From Fistulifera solaris (taxonomy: Eukaryota), in assembly GCA_030295235.1 (NCBI GenBank), contig AP026137.1:248001-312000 (forward strand): a DNA stretch of 64,000 nucleotides, read 5' to 3'. Positions within the stretch are counted from its first letter, which is position 1, and the number at the start of each line of letters is the position of its first letter. Both the position numbers and the translations under genes were made by a program. This document shows positions 25,220-36,860 of the stretch, piece after piece. Below the pieces are notes generated by a model. It searched no databases. It was not told the origin of the DNA and worked only from the letters and a program-made list of their open reading frames with translations.

Positions 25220-26866
25220 ATGAATTTAGACGAACATCTCATCATGCATCACCACGAACGAATACAACAACCGAGTCACAGCAATCATCAACAACGCCTG
25301 GCCATGCTATCGAACTTCAGCACATCGTACAATGTCGTCAATATTGCTTTAGTGTTGCCCATCCTTCGCATCTTATTTCCGACCGAACGCATTCAACAAG
25401 ACGAATCGTTCTTGGCGTCTTCATTACTGGTAGGAATGATGCTGGGACAAGTTTTAGGTGGCATTATGGGCGACGCCATGGGTCGATTAAGGGCGTTGCG
25501 CGTGGTCATGATTCTGCAAATGGTAGCGAGTTTCGCGAGTGCCACCTGGACGTCGAGTTGGAGTAGTTTGGCGGTCTGGCGATTTTTGCTGGGAGTCGGT
25601 GCCGGTGGTGTGTATCCTTTGGCGGCCGTATTAAGTGCCGAACAGGCCAGCAGTAGTAGTAGTAGTAGCAACAACAAAGACGACGATCTGCACCGCGTAG
25701 TTTTGACATTCGCGACACAGGGTGTGGGGTTCTGGATGGCTCCGGCCGTGGGGTATCTGCTGTTGTTGACGTGCTCGAATTTGCAAATAGTGTGGCGCCT
25801 ATTGTTAGGATTGGGAGCTTTACCGGGAATTGTTTTGTTTTATTTGCAATGGAAAGTACACAAAGCCACAACATCTTGGGAAGCATCCTATCCCCCGGAA
25901 AATGAAGAAACTCCACATCTTTGGCAAGGAGGTACCCCACAGACAGCCACGACGACGACCGAACCAAGTAGCAATACTGCAAATTCAACTACGGAAAATG
26001 ACAGTGACGGAGAAGAAACGACTGTACTGGACTCCACCGCAGAACCGGATGGGTTGTTTGATGATCGCGTTCACGAACAGCAATCCTGGTGGGAGTCGGT
26101 TCGCAACGAACCACAGCTCGTTCAGAAGTTACTAGGAACAGCTGCTACGTGGTTTCTGTTTGATGTGCTGTTTTACGGGAATGCATTGTTTCAACCCATT
26201 GTTCTGGAAGCGGCATTTGGCAATGCAGAAACGAACACACTGGCGTCGCTGCAACTCATGGCACGCAATTCACTTATTTTAGCCTCAATTGCATTGCCAG
26301 GGTACGGAGTCGCTGCTTTCCTCATGGGACGTAGTGATATTGCGTTCTTGCCATCCCAGACACCTCGATACGTGATGTTGCAAGGTTTTGCGTGCATGGC
26401 CGTGCTTTACGGGGTTATTGGAGTGTTTTGGAATGCACTGAAACGGATACATCCATCTGTACTATTGCTCTTATACGGATCGACGTTCTTTTTCTCGAAC
26501 TACGGTCCCAATACATCGACTTTTGTCTTGCCCAGTATGGTGTATTCCGAATCATGTCGGTCGTCGTTAAATGGCGTTAGTGCCGCAGCGGGAAAGTTTG
26601 GCGCCTTTACCGGTGCATCCTTGTTTGCACCGGCCGCATATCAATGGGGACATGCCGCCGTGATGCTCATTTGTGCCGTGGTAGCTGTCTTGTCTTTCTT
26701 CTTGACGCAAGCATGTGTGCCATCCGATTATCACGCTATTACTATGGTTCAAGAAGACGACGCGGATGATGAGATGAGAGTATTGGACGTCCCGTTAGCC
26801 AGAAATCAAGAGGACGAGGAACAAACGACTCCAGCAGATGGAGGTGTCGAAGTACAAGAGCTGTAG
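25220..26866 (+). CDS. MFS inorganic phosphate transporter (PHT1/PHO84-like)
   Basis: Intact 548-aa ORF with WRFLLGVGAGGVYPL, ATWFLFDVLFYG, FFSNYGPNTSTFVLP and NGVSAAAGKFGA. Confidence 0.9.
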   Translation: MNLDEHLIMHHHERIQQPSHSNHQQRLAMLSNFSTSYNVVNIALVLPILRILFPTERIQQDESFLASSLLVGMMLGQVLGGIMGDAMGRLRALRVVMILQMVASFASATWTSSWSSLAVWRFLLGVGAGGVYPLAAVLSAEQASSSSSSSNNKDDDLHRVVLTFATQGVGFWMAPAVGYLLLLTCSNLQIVWRLLLGLGALPGIVLFYLQWKVHKATTSWEASYPPENEETPHLWQGGTPQTATTTTEPSSNTANSTTENDSDGEETTVLDSTAEPDGLFDDRVHEQQSWWESVRNEPQLVQKLLGTAATWFLFDVLFYGNALFQPIVLEAAFGNAETNTLASLQLMARNSLILASIALPGYGVAAFLMGRSDIAFLPSQTPRYVMLQGFACMAVLYGVIGVFWNALKRIHPSVLLLLYGSTFFFSNYGPNTSTFVLPSMVYSESCRSSLNGVSAAAGKFGAFTGASLFAPAAYQWGHAAVMLICAVVAVLSFFLTQACVPSDYHAITMVQEDDADDEMRVLDVPLARNQEDEEQTTPADGGVEVQEL

Positions 26867-27413
26867 CCCACTACGTCAAGTAAAAATAATCAGTCGGAAA
26901 AGCTTTTGTCGAAAACGGATAAGCTGGCAATGAAGTGACACAAGATCCGGTGTGTTATCATCCAAACATAGTCGATCGGTCAAGCCTCTTGGTCCGCAAG
27001 TCCTCAACGCTAGACGAGCATGCAGCTCCCATTTATTCGACATTCGGAATATTTGAAGCTCTTCCGTACCAGGTACCGGTATAGTCTACCCTTGTGAGAC
27101 GAAAGACAAAGCCAATAGTAAAGACGGATGCCTCGTAAGGTTGAAATTGAATGATTATACCAGCTCCGGTTGCTAAATTTGTCAGATCACAGGCGAATCA
27201 TCTTCGTCTAATTGACAAGACGGTGTTGCTGTATGTCTTATCTTAATCTAGTCTACCCTGTATTGAATACACCATAAAAAGTTCAAACCACAACAATGAT
27301 TAATACAATTTAGACTATTATTTTGGATGACCACTGGGTGCGAGTTTGGATGACTAACAAACGAGTAATACGAAAAAACCTCGACGCAATCGTGAAGAAC
27401 GATAGCACTTCTC

Positions 27414-29016
27414 TCAGCGGATGGTGAAACGGGAACCGAACGAGGGGGGAAACCGCGACGGCTGTACGGCGTCGAGTTGGAGCGGCATCAACTTTCCAAA
27501 GGCACAAATTCTCGTCTGCACCTATAGATACCAACTGGTTGCCATCGGGCTCAAATCCATTGACAAGATGCGATCTTGATGATACGAAAGTGTCTGAATA
27601 CGTTCCATTTTCGGGTAGCTCCAGGCCACGACTTCATTGTCCGTGAAGCCGTGGCCGGAAAAGAGCTCCTGGTGGTGTTGGCCCCAGATCAGTGAAGAAA
27701 CTTGATTTCCAGTACAAACGCTGTTCATCATACGTCCTGAGCATGTATTCCACAGCTTTATGCACCGATCTGCAGTGCCACCGCCACTGGCAAGCACGTC
27801 ACGCCGATAAGGACACCATGCCAGTCCCTTGACAGCCGCCGTGTGTGATTCCAATATACGACGGGGACCGCCGCCTACTTGGAGGCTTTTCATCATAGAA
27901 GAATCCATCACTTCGTCCACTCGCGAGACACGTGCCTTCAGGATTCCATGCAATGTTGCAAACCGAAGCCGACGATGAAGATGACGGTGATCCGCGCCGA
28001 GTCATTCCTGTCATCGAACGGCTACGCCAATCAAGACTAACAAGCTTTCCCGTATCGTAGCCAACTGTCAACCATTGTAAGGCATCATTCCAGCAAAGCG
28101 CGTGAACAGTACCTCCTCCAACATTGAGAGACGTGTGCACTTCTTTCTTGCACGTGGCGTCGTACAATCGAACTCCTGAGTCGGTTCCTACCGCTAGGTA
28201 GTGCGTCAACCCTTCAACTGTGCACCACTTCACTGCCCGAACGTGGCTCGAAGTTTCATTTCGATTGCGAGACACCTTCTTCAAGTCGACTAGCTCGTGC
28301 ACTGCATCTGTAGCCATGTTCATGATGAACACGACCGACCCAAGCCCTACTGCGAGGACATTGTCCTTACTCCAACTGAGCGGATGAGAGTAAAAGTTAC
28401 TCGCAATATCCGGTACATCAAGAACTGCTTCAGGACGGGAATGGATAACACGAACGGCGGTTGCATTGATCTTTTCAGCCGTCAAGATCGGGGAAGAACG
28501 CAAGAAGTCCATCGCGAAAGGGTCCGCAGCAACGATAGGACGACAATTGCCCCTCATGGAAGGAGAAACAGAGCCGTACTTCAAAAGAGACTTCAATTGA
28601 AGCTCATCATCGAGATCGCTCGTCGACACATTGCACAACGTGCTCAGCAAGTGTTTCTCGTAAACGAGTTTCGTCGAACGAGCTGCGGACGGAGGACCGG
28701 CGCAAGCAACACTGGACGATTCACACGACTTAGACGCAGAATTCAGCTTTCGACGACACAAATCCATATTCATGCGACGACGAGACGGAATGAAACGATC
28801 CAGATCGTCACGAGGAGCAGTTTGCGGCGTAAACAAACGACGATGATGATGAGCAGTCGAACGCATGCGAGGGACTGGAGTTTTAATCATCTGCGGAGTG
28901 CGATACGCGACAGTCAGCGCCGCTCCGCGGTTTCCAGGACGATTAGGAGTTGATAGATGAGTATGCGAAAGCATATCAGAGGAAAGCACGTTGTTTTGAG
29001 AGCAAGAATACACCAT
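27414..29016 (-). CDS. CDC20: Cdc20/Fizzy APC/C coactivator copy 2
   Basis: C-box DRFIPSR, WD40 repeats (VLDVPDI, HTAAVKGLAWCP, LASGGGTADRCIKLWN) and IR tail GSRFTIR* (TGA at 27414-27416). A small deletion near 27905 shifts the frame. Confidence 0.9.
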
Positions 29017-29276
29017 GGTGTGATTTTTGGTTCAAAGCAAAAATTAAATTATGCGGATAAAAAGGCTTGCTGCGGTACATAATTGTACGTGAGAGATACG
29101 CTCATGTAGCGAATCGTACCACGCAAGGCGTAGAAATGTTTATACAATACACAATGTATAAACAAAATCTGTACTGTACGACCAACTGTATTATTTTTTT
29201 CATTGCTATATCGCAAAATATCAACCTTTAGACCAATTTCGCATTTGAAGTCTTCAGGTTCTCTTTTTAGTGTAAA

Positions 29277-29761
29277 CTAGCCGCCTTCGGCGTCTAGCCC
29301 CTGCAGGGCTTTTTTCGTTCTCGCCCTTCCCGCAAGCGGGGGCTCGATCCCCGGGGATAGCGTCACACCCGTGATTCGGACACCCGGGACCAGCGTTACG
29401 TTACGTGACACACACACACGGACACAGCGCCTATCAAAAAGTGCACAAACGCAAAACGAAACGAAAGCGGAAAAAGCACAAACGCAAAACGGAAGTAAAA
29501 AGAGCACCAACGCAAAACGGAAGACTCAGAAACGTCGCATTCGAAATTCGAAAACCAAGGAAACGTCACTCTAGAACAACCAATGAGAACAAAGAAAAGA
29601 ACATAAAGAACAAAAGAAATGTGGAATGAGAACAAAGCAAAGAACACAAAGAACAAAAGGAACGTCAAACCCGTGATTCAGACACCCGGGACCAGCGTTA
29701 CGTTACGTGACACACACACGGACACAGCGCGCTATTATAAATAGATAGATAAATAGATAGA
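29277..29761 (-). mobile_element. Non-autonomous Helitron (485 bp)
   Basis: On the minus strand: 5' TC start, 3' CTAG end preceded by the hairpin CGCC-GAA-GGCG, inserted between host A and T with no TSD. Empty site at the paralogous position about 22120-22140. Confidence 0.85.
29367..29730. repeat. About 62-bp direct repeat inside the Helitron (29367-29430 and 29669-29730)
   Basis: ACCCGTGATTC(G/A)GACACCCGGGACCAGCGTTACGTTACGTG(AC)nGGACACAGCGC twice, separated by A-rich low-complexity sequence. Confidence 0.9.
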
Positions 29762-29831
29762 TGAAGCAACAACTAACTCTTAGGTTGAATTTTGGTGTTT
29801 TTCTAGGTATTGAGAAGCTTGATTCACCGTA

Positions 29832-31021
29832 CACGGCGATTCAAACAGGGGGTTTTCGGAGATAAGGTTATCTGATAATATGACGCATTACACACGACTA
29901 AAGCTTCGTGACTTATCTAGCGAAATGACCATTGAACTCTATAACAGCTAAATCCAAACAATATACATGATCAACATGCAAATTATCTACAATAGTTAAT
30001 AGATGACATCCGGTTTTCGTCTTGATCCGACCGAAATCGTTAGTAAAGATGGTATTTAGTGCTGCTCAAGCTCGCCACAAAATCTATTTGCTATATTTCA
30101 AGAAAGCCACAGTGGAGTGAAGGTATTTGTTTGCAAATACCGTGGCATCTCAATCGTCCCTTGCAAAGTATTTGCTGGTGACTTGTTTCACGATACATTT
30201 CACCAGCTCGATGCCTTCTGAAATGAAAAGTCACTTTTGACTGTGATGGAGTGTTAGGATAGAAATGAAGCACTACGTTAAAGAAAACCATTTTTTCACC
30301 AAAATATCATTATTTCTTATCCGTCTTGAGTATATTTGTGTCTTTGATTTAGCCATCATTGAGAAACGCGTATACAAAGGGGATTAGATTGGGTCTTTGA
30401 CATCGGCGTGGGTCTTCTGGAGACATCTCAAATTTTTTCTCGAAACAGAGTCAACTCATTTGGGCTGAGTTTACGGTCATGGTTGATTGTTATTCATACA
30501 ATAGTAACCTCTGATTTTCTCATTTGGCGGTTAAAAGGCGCATCTTACGCAATCTTTGATGGGAGAAAAAATGGGTTGAGAAAATTGTCACTGCCATTTA
30601 TGCAGAAAAGGTGCTATATTACCATCAGTGGCTCTATACGATATCCCCAGAGTGGCTCAATAAATGTGTTGGATATATGACATCACTCTACATTGACACT
30701 GATTCTTAAAACAATTCACAGGATGAAATGTTGCGACGATGTTGCGACGATGTTGCCAGCTTTTTGTGCTTCTGAAGCCAAACAGCTGGGTTTGCTTGGC
30801 CAATCCTACACCCAGAAGCCATTTGAAGCCCCGCTCGCCCGACCAGATCGTACTGGAGGCAATGAAGAAATAGTGTCCAATCTTTTTTTTTCAAAAGCAT
30901 TCACAAGATGAGTTAAGTAATATGTTTCCTGATCTTGCGGTCATGGTGACAATTTCGTTGAGTTGACAACATGCGGTCTGTCTTCCATCCGTCGACGTTA
31001 TCTCCGTTTTGAATCGCCGTG
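29832..31021. mobile_element. Non-autonomous TIR DNA transposon (1190 bp), CAC...GTG termini, 4-bp TSD
   Basis: TIR CACGGCGATTCAAA / TTTGAATCGCCGTG, CGTA duplicated on both flanks, absent from the paralogous site near 22195-22205. No intact transposase ORF. Confidence 0.85.
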
Positions 31022-31543
31022 CGTAATAGTCGTTGTCAAACGCTAGCAGCATCGCATCATCATCGACCGACGCGATTGATAAGATGCTTCGCCGTGTGGA
31101 GTCGCCACGACTCATCCTGAGCTCTAGCTAGAAATTAATACGTATGGAAGCCGAAGGGAGCGCCTTATTCCTGCCAGCTGTCGTTTTCTTTACCCCATCT
31201 CGCTTTATCTGCTTAACTAATTATAAACTATTGACTTCAAACTGATCAAGTAAAATGTTTACGAAAAACGAATTTAACACTCTTAAATTTTATTAGTATA
31301 GCGAGAATGAGATGGATGCATCGCAGCTCCATTCAATTATATTCATTCAGCAAAGCATTTTTCTTGGTACTTACGAACGAAGCGGACGAAAAGAAACGCA
31401 AATTAAAGGACAAAAGATCAATCAAACAAAACAAACGATTATCACTGGGTGATGTGTTTGTCGCAACAGTCTTGGATGTGGATGTGGATGTTTAAGAGCT
31501 AATGCTAAATTGCAGCGATTGCAATTCGCGACGACCGGCTGAA

Positions 31544-32477
31544 TCAAACACCAAAGATCCCGCACGCAAAGTAGAGTGTGAGCAGTAAAAGTGGAAGACG
31601 ACCGGTTCGAACACGCGCGACTCTTACGACTTTGCAGCACGAGCGAAGACGACGGCGGAGACGCTTCGCTTGCACAACTTGGATGGCTTTCGCGGCCCTG
31701 TCGGGTGAAAACGGCCCTCTGCAATAGCACTGTGCCAATCAGCCGTGTACTTTTTCATACAAGCCAGGTATTCCTCGCGTGAGCAATAACCGGTTATGGG
31801 AGTGTCAACGGGAAGATGTCCGAAAACATTGAACATGTAAGCGCGCGAATTGTGCAGGATGGGTCAGTTCTCCAAGATGTGTGCGAAAGAACTCATGTTC
31901 TTCCACCACATTATCCAGGCAGAACCGACTGCATTCAAACTCACGTTCCACCAACCTCTTATCACCCTCCAGGTTCAATGTCCGCACGTCGCAGTACATG
32001 CTGTCCTTCTCCTCCGTCGTCAATGAGAAACGATTGGGAATCTCCTTCACGCCCGTCACAATCTGCGGTGCGAAGCTGACACCTCTGAGAAGGAGAACAA
32101 GACAGGCTCGTCCATTTTTCGTCAGAGCCCTCCGCAACAATCGAGAAAGGCAGGACGGAAACCAGCGGTGCTTCCGGGCGCACAGCATGACGATGCTTCA
32201 TACGCAGGATCGACATCGGCTTCTTGCTCGACGGGCGTACTTCATTCGTCTCCTCACTCAATAACGGAGGGCACTCAGAGAGGTCACCAGGTTGCACTTG
32301 GGTCGCGAAGGAATCGCCAGAACCCACCAAAAGATCTCGATCTTGACTCGGGGCAACGGGCGGCTGATCTGCCGCCGAACACAATTTCTCGGGGCTTTTC
32401 GTTCGCTGCCGCTTGCACGACGAATAATCATTACTCTGGGGACTCAGAGAAGAGATAGAACGCTTTGAAACGCGCAT
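31544..32477 (-). CDS. Uncharacterised SILK/RVxF/HLGELxHPAxF family protein, subfamily C copy 2
   Basis: MRVSKRS...CKRQRTKSPE, KKPMSILRMKHR, RGVSFAPQIVTGVKEIP and EREFECSRFCLDNVVEEHEFFRTHLGELTHPAQF. The 3' end is approximate. Confidence 0.75.
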
Positions 32478-32806
32478 TTTGTTTGTTTTTAGATGAGAAT
32501 AAAGATTATAATCAGCAATAACGGTGTTTTGTGTCGATATTTGTTGTTGCTGCTGCTGCCGCTGCTGACGGACCGGGGACAGACATTCTTGTTTGTACGT
32601 CGTAGCGGCTCTAATCCAATATCACACATGATACCGATACGATTTCTGAATACCTGATTGACGATTGAACGCTGAACATCCCGTCGATCGTCCGCAGCTG
32701 CGCGATGATAAAAAATGAACATCATCAACCGCAAAATCTTTCTTTCACTTATCTCCTACAAGAAAAGTGGACCTCTTCGTTCGTTTGCTCCCTACATGTT
32801 GAACAA

Positions 32807-33470
32807 ATGAAAGTGTTCTGTTGGTTTGTTTTACTGGGCGCATGGCAGCGCCTTGTCGTCTCAGATGGCTTTATTCTTCCTCCACGCTCACACAATAACA
32901 ACGGAGGTGGTAACAATAACGGCAATTGTCCTCGAGTCTCTAATGCAGGAGAAGCGATGACGCAAATTTACCTTCTGCTTACTCAGTTGGATGAGCTACG
33001 AAGAGGTAACCGATGAGAAAATCGTTCTGAGTGTCGAAAACGGCGCGGCACGGACGTCTTTGCATCCATCATCGCCATCTACGGAACGCCTCATCGCCAG
33101 CACAAGTCGTACAACAACAACAAGCAAACCATACTCATTGGTGTCTGCAGCTCAACACTGGAATAATGTTTTCACACCCACCAAATCGACTTTTGCGAAA
33201 CCATTCCAAAATGTCAATCAAGCGATACGTTGCAAATTTCGCAACCCACGACAAAAAGCTCAAGACGAAATGACGCAAACCATACACACGATACCGGTCA
33301 AGCAGGTCGTGAAAACACCCGATAGTACCGTCTTACCTAGTACGGCAGTCCACATTCCCGCTAGACGATCGCGATTATTGGGGCAACCCTTGGGCATCGA
33401 TCGCGTCCAAGAGTTTGCTCGTTCCATTCAACGTCGGTGCGCGCGACAGGGCTCGTTATTTCTGCAGAGG
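32807..33470 (+). pseudogene. 5' fragment of a secreted or plastid-targeted protein, possibly Omp85/POTRA-like
   Basis: Signal-peptide-like MKVFCWFVLLGAWQRLVVSDGF; later LLGQPLGIDRVQEFARSIQRRCARQG resembles a POTRA helix. No barrel-coding continuation follows. Confidence 0.35.
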
Positions 33471-34188
33471 TAACAGGGATAATCGATACCGAATCTCTTA
33501 AGCGTCCCTTGTCCTCGCGCTAAAATAGATATGTTGCAACGAAAAGTTCTCAAGGGCAGATGAGGCCAGATGAGCAGCATATAAGTCGTTTCAGCCCGTC
33601 GCACAACCGGCGAAAACACCCGCAGCTGCCATTCTCATCAGTTCTGTTTAATAGCTAGCAAATGTGGTGCTTTTAAAGTTTGAATTGACACCTGAGCTGA
33701 TGTATTGGATGAAAGAATAATAGCAAGTGTCTTCCAGACAACATAGTAGCACTTGACGGCGTGAATCGCCAGAAAAACCAAATTTCTGCCAGAATTATAA
33801 TCTCGATGTTGGTGATGATGGATTTCGTTGGAGAAGCAACATTCTTCCAAAAAATGGAAAAGGAGACGAGGCCCATCGCAGCAACACCTTTTCGCGAATG
33901 GAGGACGAAGGAAATGAAAGTGATTCATTTAACGCCGATGTTTTCGTTGCCGATCCAGATTGCTAGATGTATCACCCTCAGTAATGAACTTAGTATCGAG
34001 TTTAAGTTCTAGTTGAAGAATTTTAACGAAGAAACACAAATGTTAGAGTTATCAAATCGCAATAAAGCTACTGCACACAAAACATAAAGACGAGATTCAT
34101 TAGGACGAGTACCAGGTAATTGTCGGGAGAACAACAAGCCGAGCATCATACAACAGTGAATGATTTGTGCCAAGTACATCAAATGCAC

Positions 34189-35861
34189 TCAGCGGATGGC
34201 GAAACGAGAACCAAACGAAGGGGATGTAAGACGATTTGCTGCGTCTGCTGATCGAGACCGCGAAGAAGCCGGGACAGCATCGATTTTCCAAATACACAAG
34301 GAATTATCAGCACCCATCGATGCGAGCTTCGTACCGTCGGGGCTCATTCCCATGGACAATATGCGACTTTCGTGACCGCGCAAAGTTTGTATCTGATCCA
34401 TCTTGGGGTAGCTCCAGGCGACAACAGCGTTCGTTGAAAAGTTCATTCCGTCCCCAAAGCCATGACCGGAGTACAACTCCTGATGGTGCTGACCCCAAAT
34501 CAATGAGCAGACTTGACTTCCAGTAGCCACACTCTTTAGCAGATTACCCGAGCAAGCATTCCACAGCTTGATGCACCCATCTGCCGTTCCCCCACCACTG
34601 GCGAGCACATCGCGTCGATAGGGACACCAAGCCAAACCCTTTACAGCACCCGTATGCGACGCCAAAATGTGTCGTGGACTTTGACCACGGCCCGACTCCG
34701 GTCTTCGCGTCATGGATGCATCCCACAGGTGAACCATATTGTCATTTCGACCGCTGGCAGACACGACCCCTCACTATTCCACGCTAAGTTGCACACCGAT
34801 GAAGAGCCTCCTACAGAGGGTGCCATTGTCATTGTTGTCTCGACGCCACTCGCGTAAGTCATGATTCCCAATCTTCCCGTTAGTGTACCCCGCGGTCAGA
34901 TATTGCCGAGATTCATTCCAGCATATTGCACGCATCGTACTGTTTCGACAACCCATGTTGGTCCGCATAATTTCTCTGCCGCAAGTTGTGTCGAACACTC
35001 GCGAAGCCAACACTCGTCGCTACAGCAAGGTGATGTGTGCTGCCGTCCATTGTGCACCACTTCACAGAGCGGACATGGTTTGAGAGACCCCTTTGGTGGA
35101 CAGGTGTTTTGCCGGCGCCCCGCTATTTCTTGCACAGCACCGGTAGACACGTTCATGAGGTACACGGATGTACCCAGCGCCACAGCTAGAACATTATCCT
35201 TGCTCCAGCTGGTCGGATTCGTGTAATAATCATCCACAATACCACGGGCATTTAACGTCTTCGCCGGATGAGGGCTAATTGTGCGCTTGATCGCGGCGAT
35301 GTTCAACTTTTGATCCAAAGTATTGAAATCGCAGCTCGATGATCGTAGCAAGTCCATCGCGAAAGGGTCCGCAGCAACGATAGGACGACGATTACCCGTC
35401 ATTAAAGGAGAAACAGAGCCGTACTTCAAAAGAGACTTCAATTGAAGCTCATCATCGAGATCGCTCGTCGACACATTGCACAACGTGCTCAGCAAGTGTT
35501 TCTCGTAAGCGAGTTTCGTCGAACGAGCTGCGGACGGAGGACCGGCGCAAGCAACACTGGACGATTCACACGACTTAGACGCAGAATTCAGCTTTCGACG
35601 ACACAAATCCATATTCATGCGACGACGAGACGGAATGAAACGATCCAGATCGTCACGAGGAGCAGTTTGCGGCGTAAACAAACGACGATGATGATGAGCA
35701 GTCGAACGCATGCGAGGGACTGGAGTTTTAATCATCTGCGGAGTGCGATACGCGACAGTCAGCGCCGCTCCGCGGTTTCCAGGACGATTAGGAGTTGATA
35801 GATGAGTATGCGAAAGCATATCAGAGGAAAGCACGTTGTTTTGAGAGCAAGAATACACCAT
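34189..35861 (-). CDS. CDC20: Cdc20/Fizzy APC/C coactivator copy 3
   Basis: C-box DRFIPSR, TLNARGIVDDYYTNPTSWS, SGRNDNMVHLWD, HTGAVKGLAWCP and IR tail FGSRFAIR*. Frameshifts in the middle. Confidence 0.92.
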
Positions 35862-36117
35862 GGTGTGATTTTTGGTTCAATAAAGCAAAAATTAAATTAT
35901 GCGGATAATAAAGGCTTGCTGCGGTACATAATTGTACGTGAGAGATACGCTCATGTAGCGAATCGTACCACGCAAGGCGTAGAAATGTTTATACAATACA
36001 GGTTGTATTATACCGTAACGCTATACCGTAGGGCAACTACTAGCTTTATTATTGCTGCATCGTCATCTATTTATTTATTATTCTCCTTGCAATGTTTTTG
36101 CACAAATTTACATAATC

Positions 36118-36722
36118 ATGAAACAAGACGACGGTAATAGCAATTTCAAAAACAAACTCGGAAAGCTCCCACCTCCGTTATTTGGTGAAGACGACTGTGA
36201 TCGACCCGCATGTCACGACATGATGTCGCAAATGAAAAAGGCTTCGCAAGCAAGTCAAGAAAAGAAAGCGGTAGATTGCCCACCTAACAGCGGTGTTTTG
36301 GGCCGAGCTTCGTGGACTTTGCTACATACAATGGTACGAGCGAACGGCATACCTACTTCCGTTTTAAATACGACGAGCGACTTTCCTCATAGTTTATCTC
36401 TGCGCTTGATTTATTACAGGCCGCTTGGTATCCGGATCAACCAACTGCGGAAGATCAGCAGCACATGGAAAGTTTCATGAGTGCACTAGCACGGTTTTAT
36501 CCCTGTACATGGTGTGCTCGCGATTTCCAAGCCAACTTAGAAGAGAGTCCCGTCCCCACCTCGAGTCGGAAAGAATTGTGTCAATGGATGTGTGAACAAC
36601 ACAATTTGGTGAATGAGAAACTGGGGAAATCTGTCTTTGATTGTGATTTAAAGAATCTTGACAAGCGGTGGAGAAAGAATACGCAAGATCCCGAATGTAA
36701 GACAAGTGGTTTGCTTCATTGA
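36118..36722 (+). CDS. ERV1: Erv1/ALR FAD-linked sulfhydryl oxidase
   Basis: LGRASWTLLHTM|AAWYP across intron 36334-36419; YPCTWCA redox motif, LCQWMCEQHNLVNEKLGK and FDC...RW. Confidence 0.93.
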
Positions 36723-36860
36723 AGAGGTAGAACGGATGGCAATGTAAGTTCTCTACTCGATAGTTACGCTAGAGGGATATAAAACCGATTGATAAGTTAC
36801 CAGGTAGGATTAATTTACGAACTCATTACTTTCTACAAGCCAAGTTGATCCGATTTGTTG

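Noticed and set aside
28297..28953. Long antisense ORFs repeated over the Cdc20 copies
   Set aside because: Shadows of the duplicated sense-strand genes, with no independent coding evidence.
29367..29730. CRISPR-like repeat-spacer array
   Set aside because: Only two repeats, inside a Helitron in eukaryotic DNA, with no cas genes.
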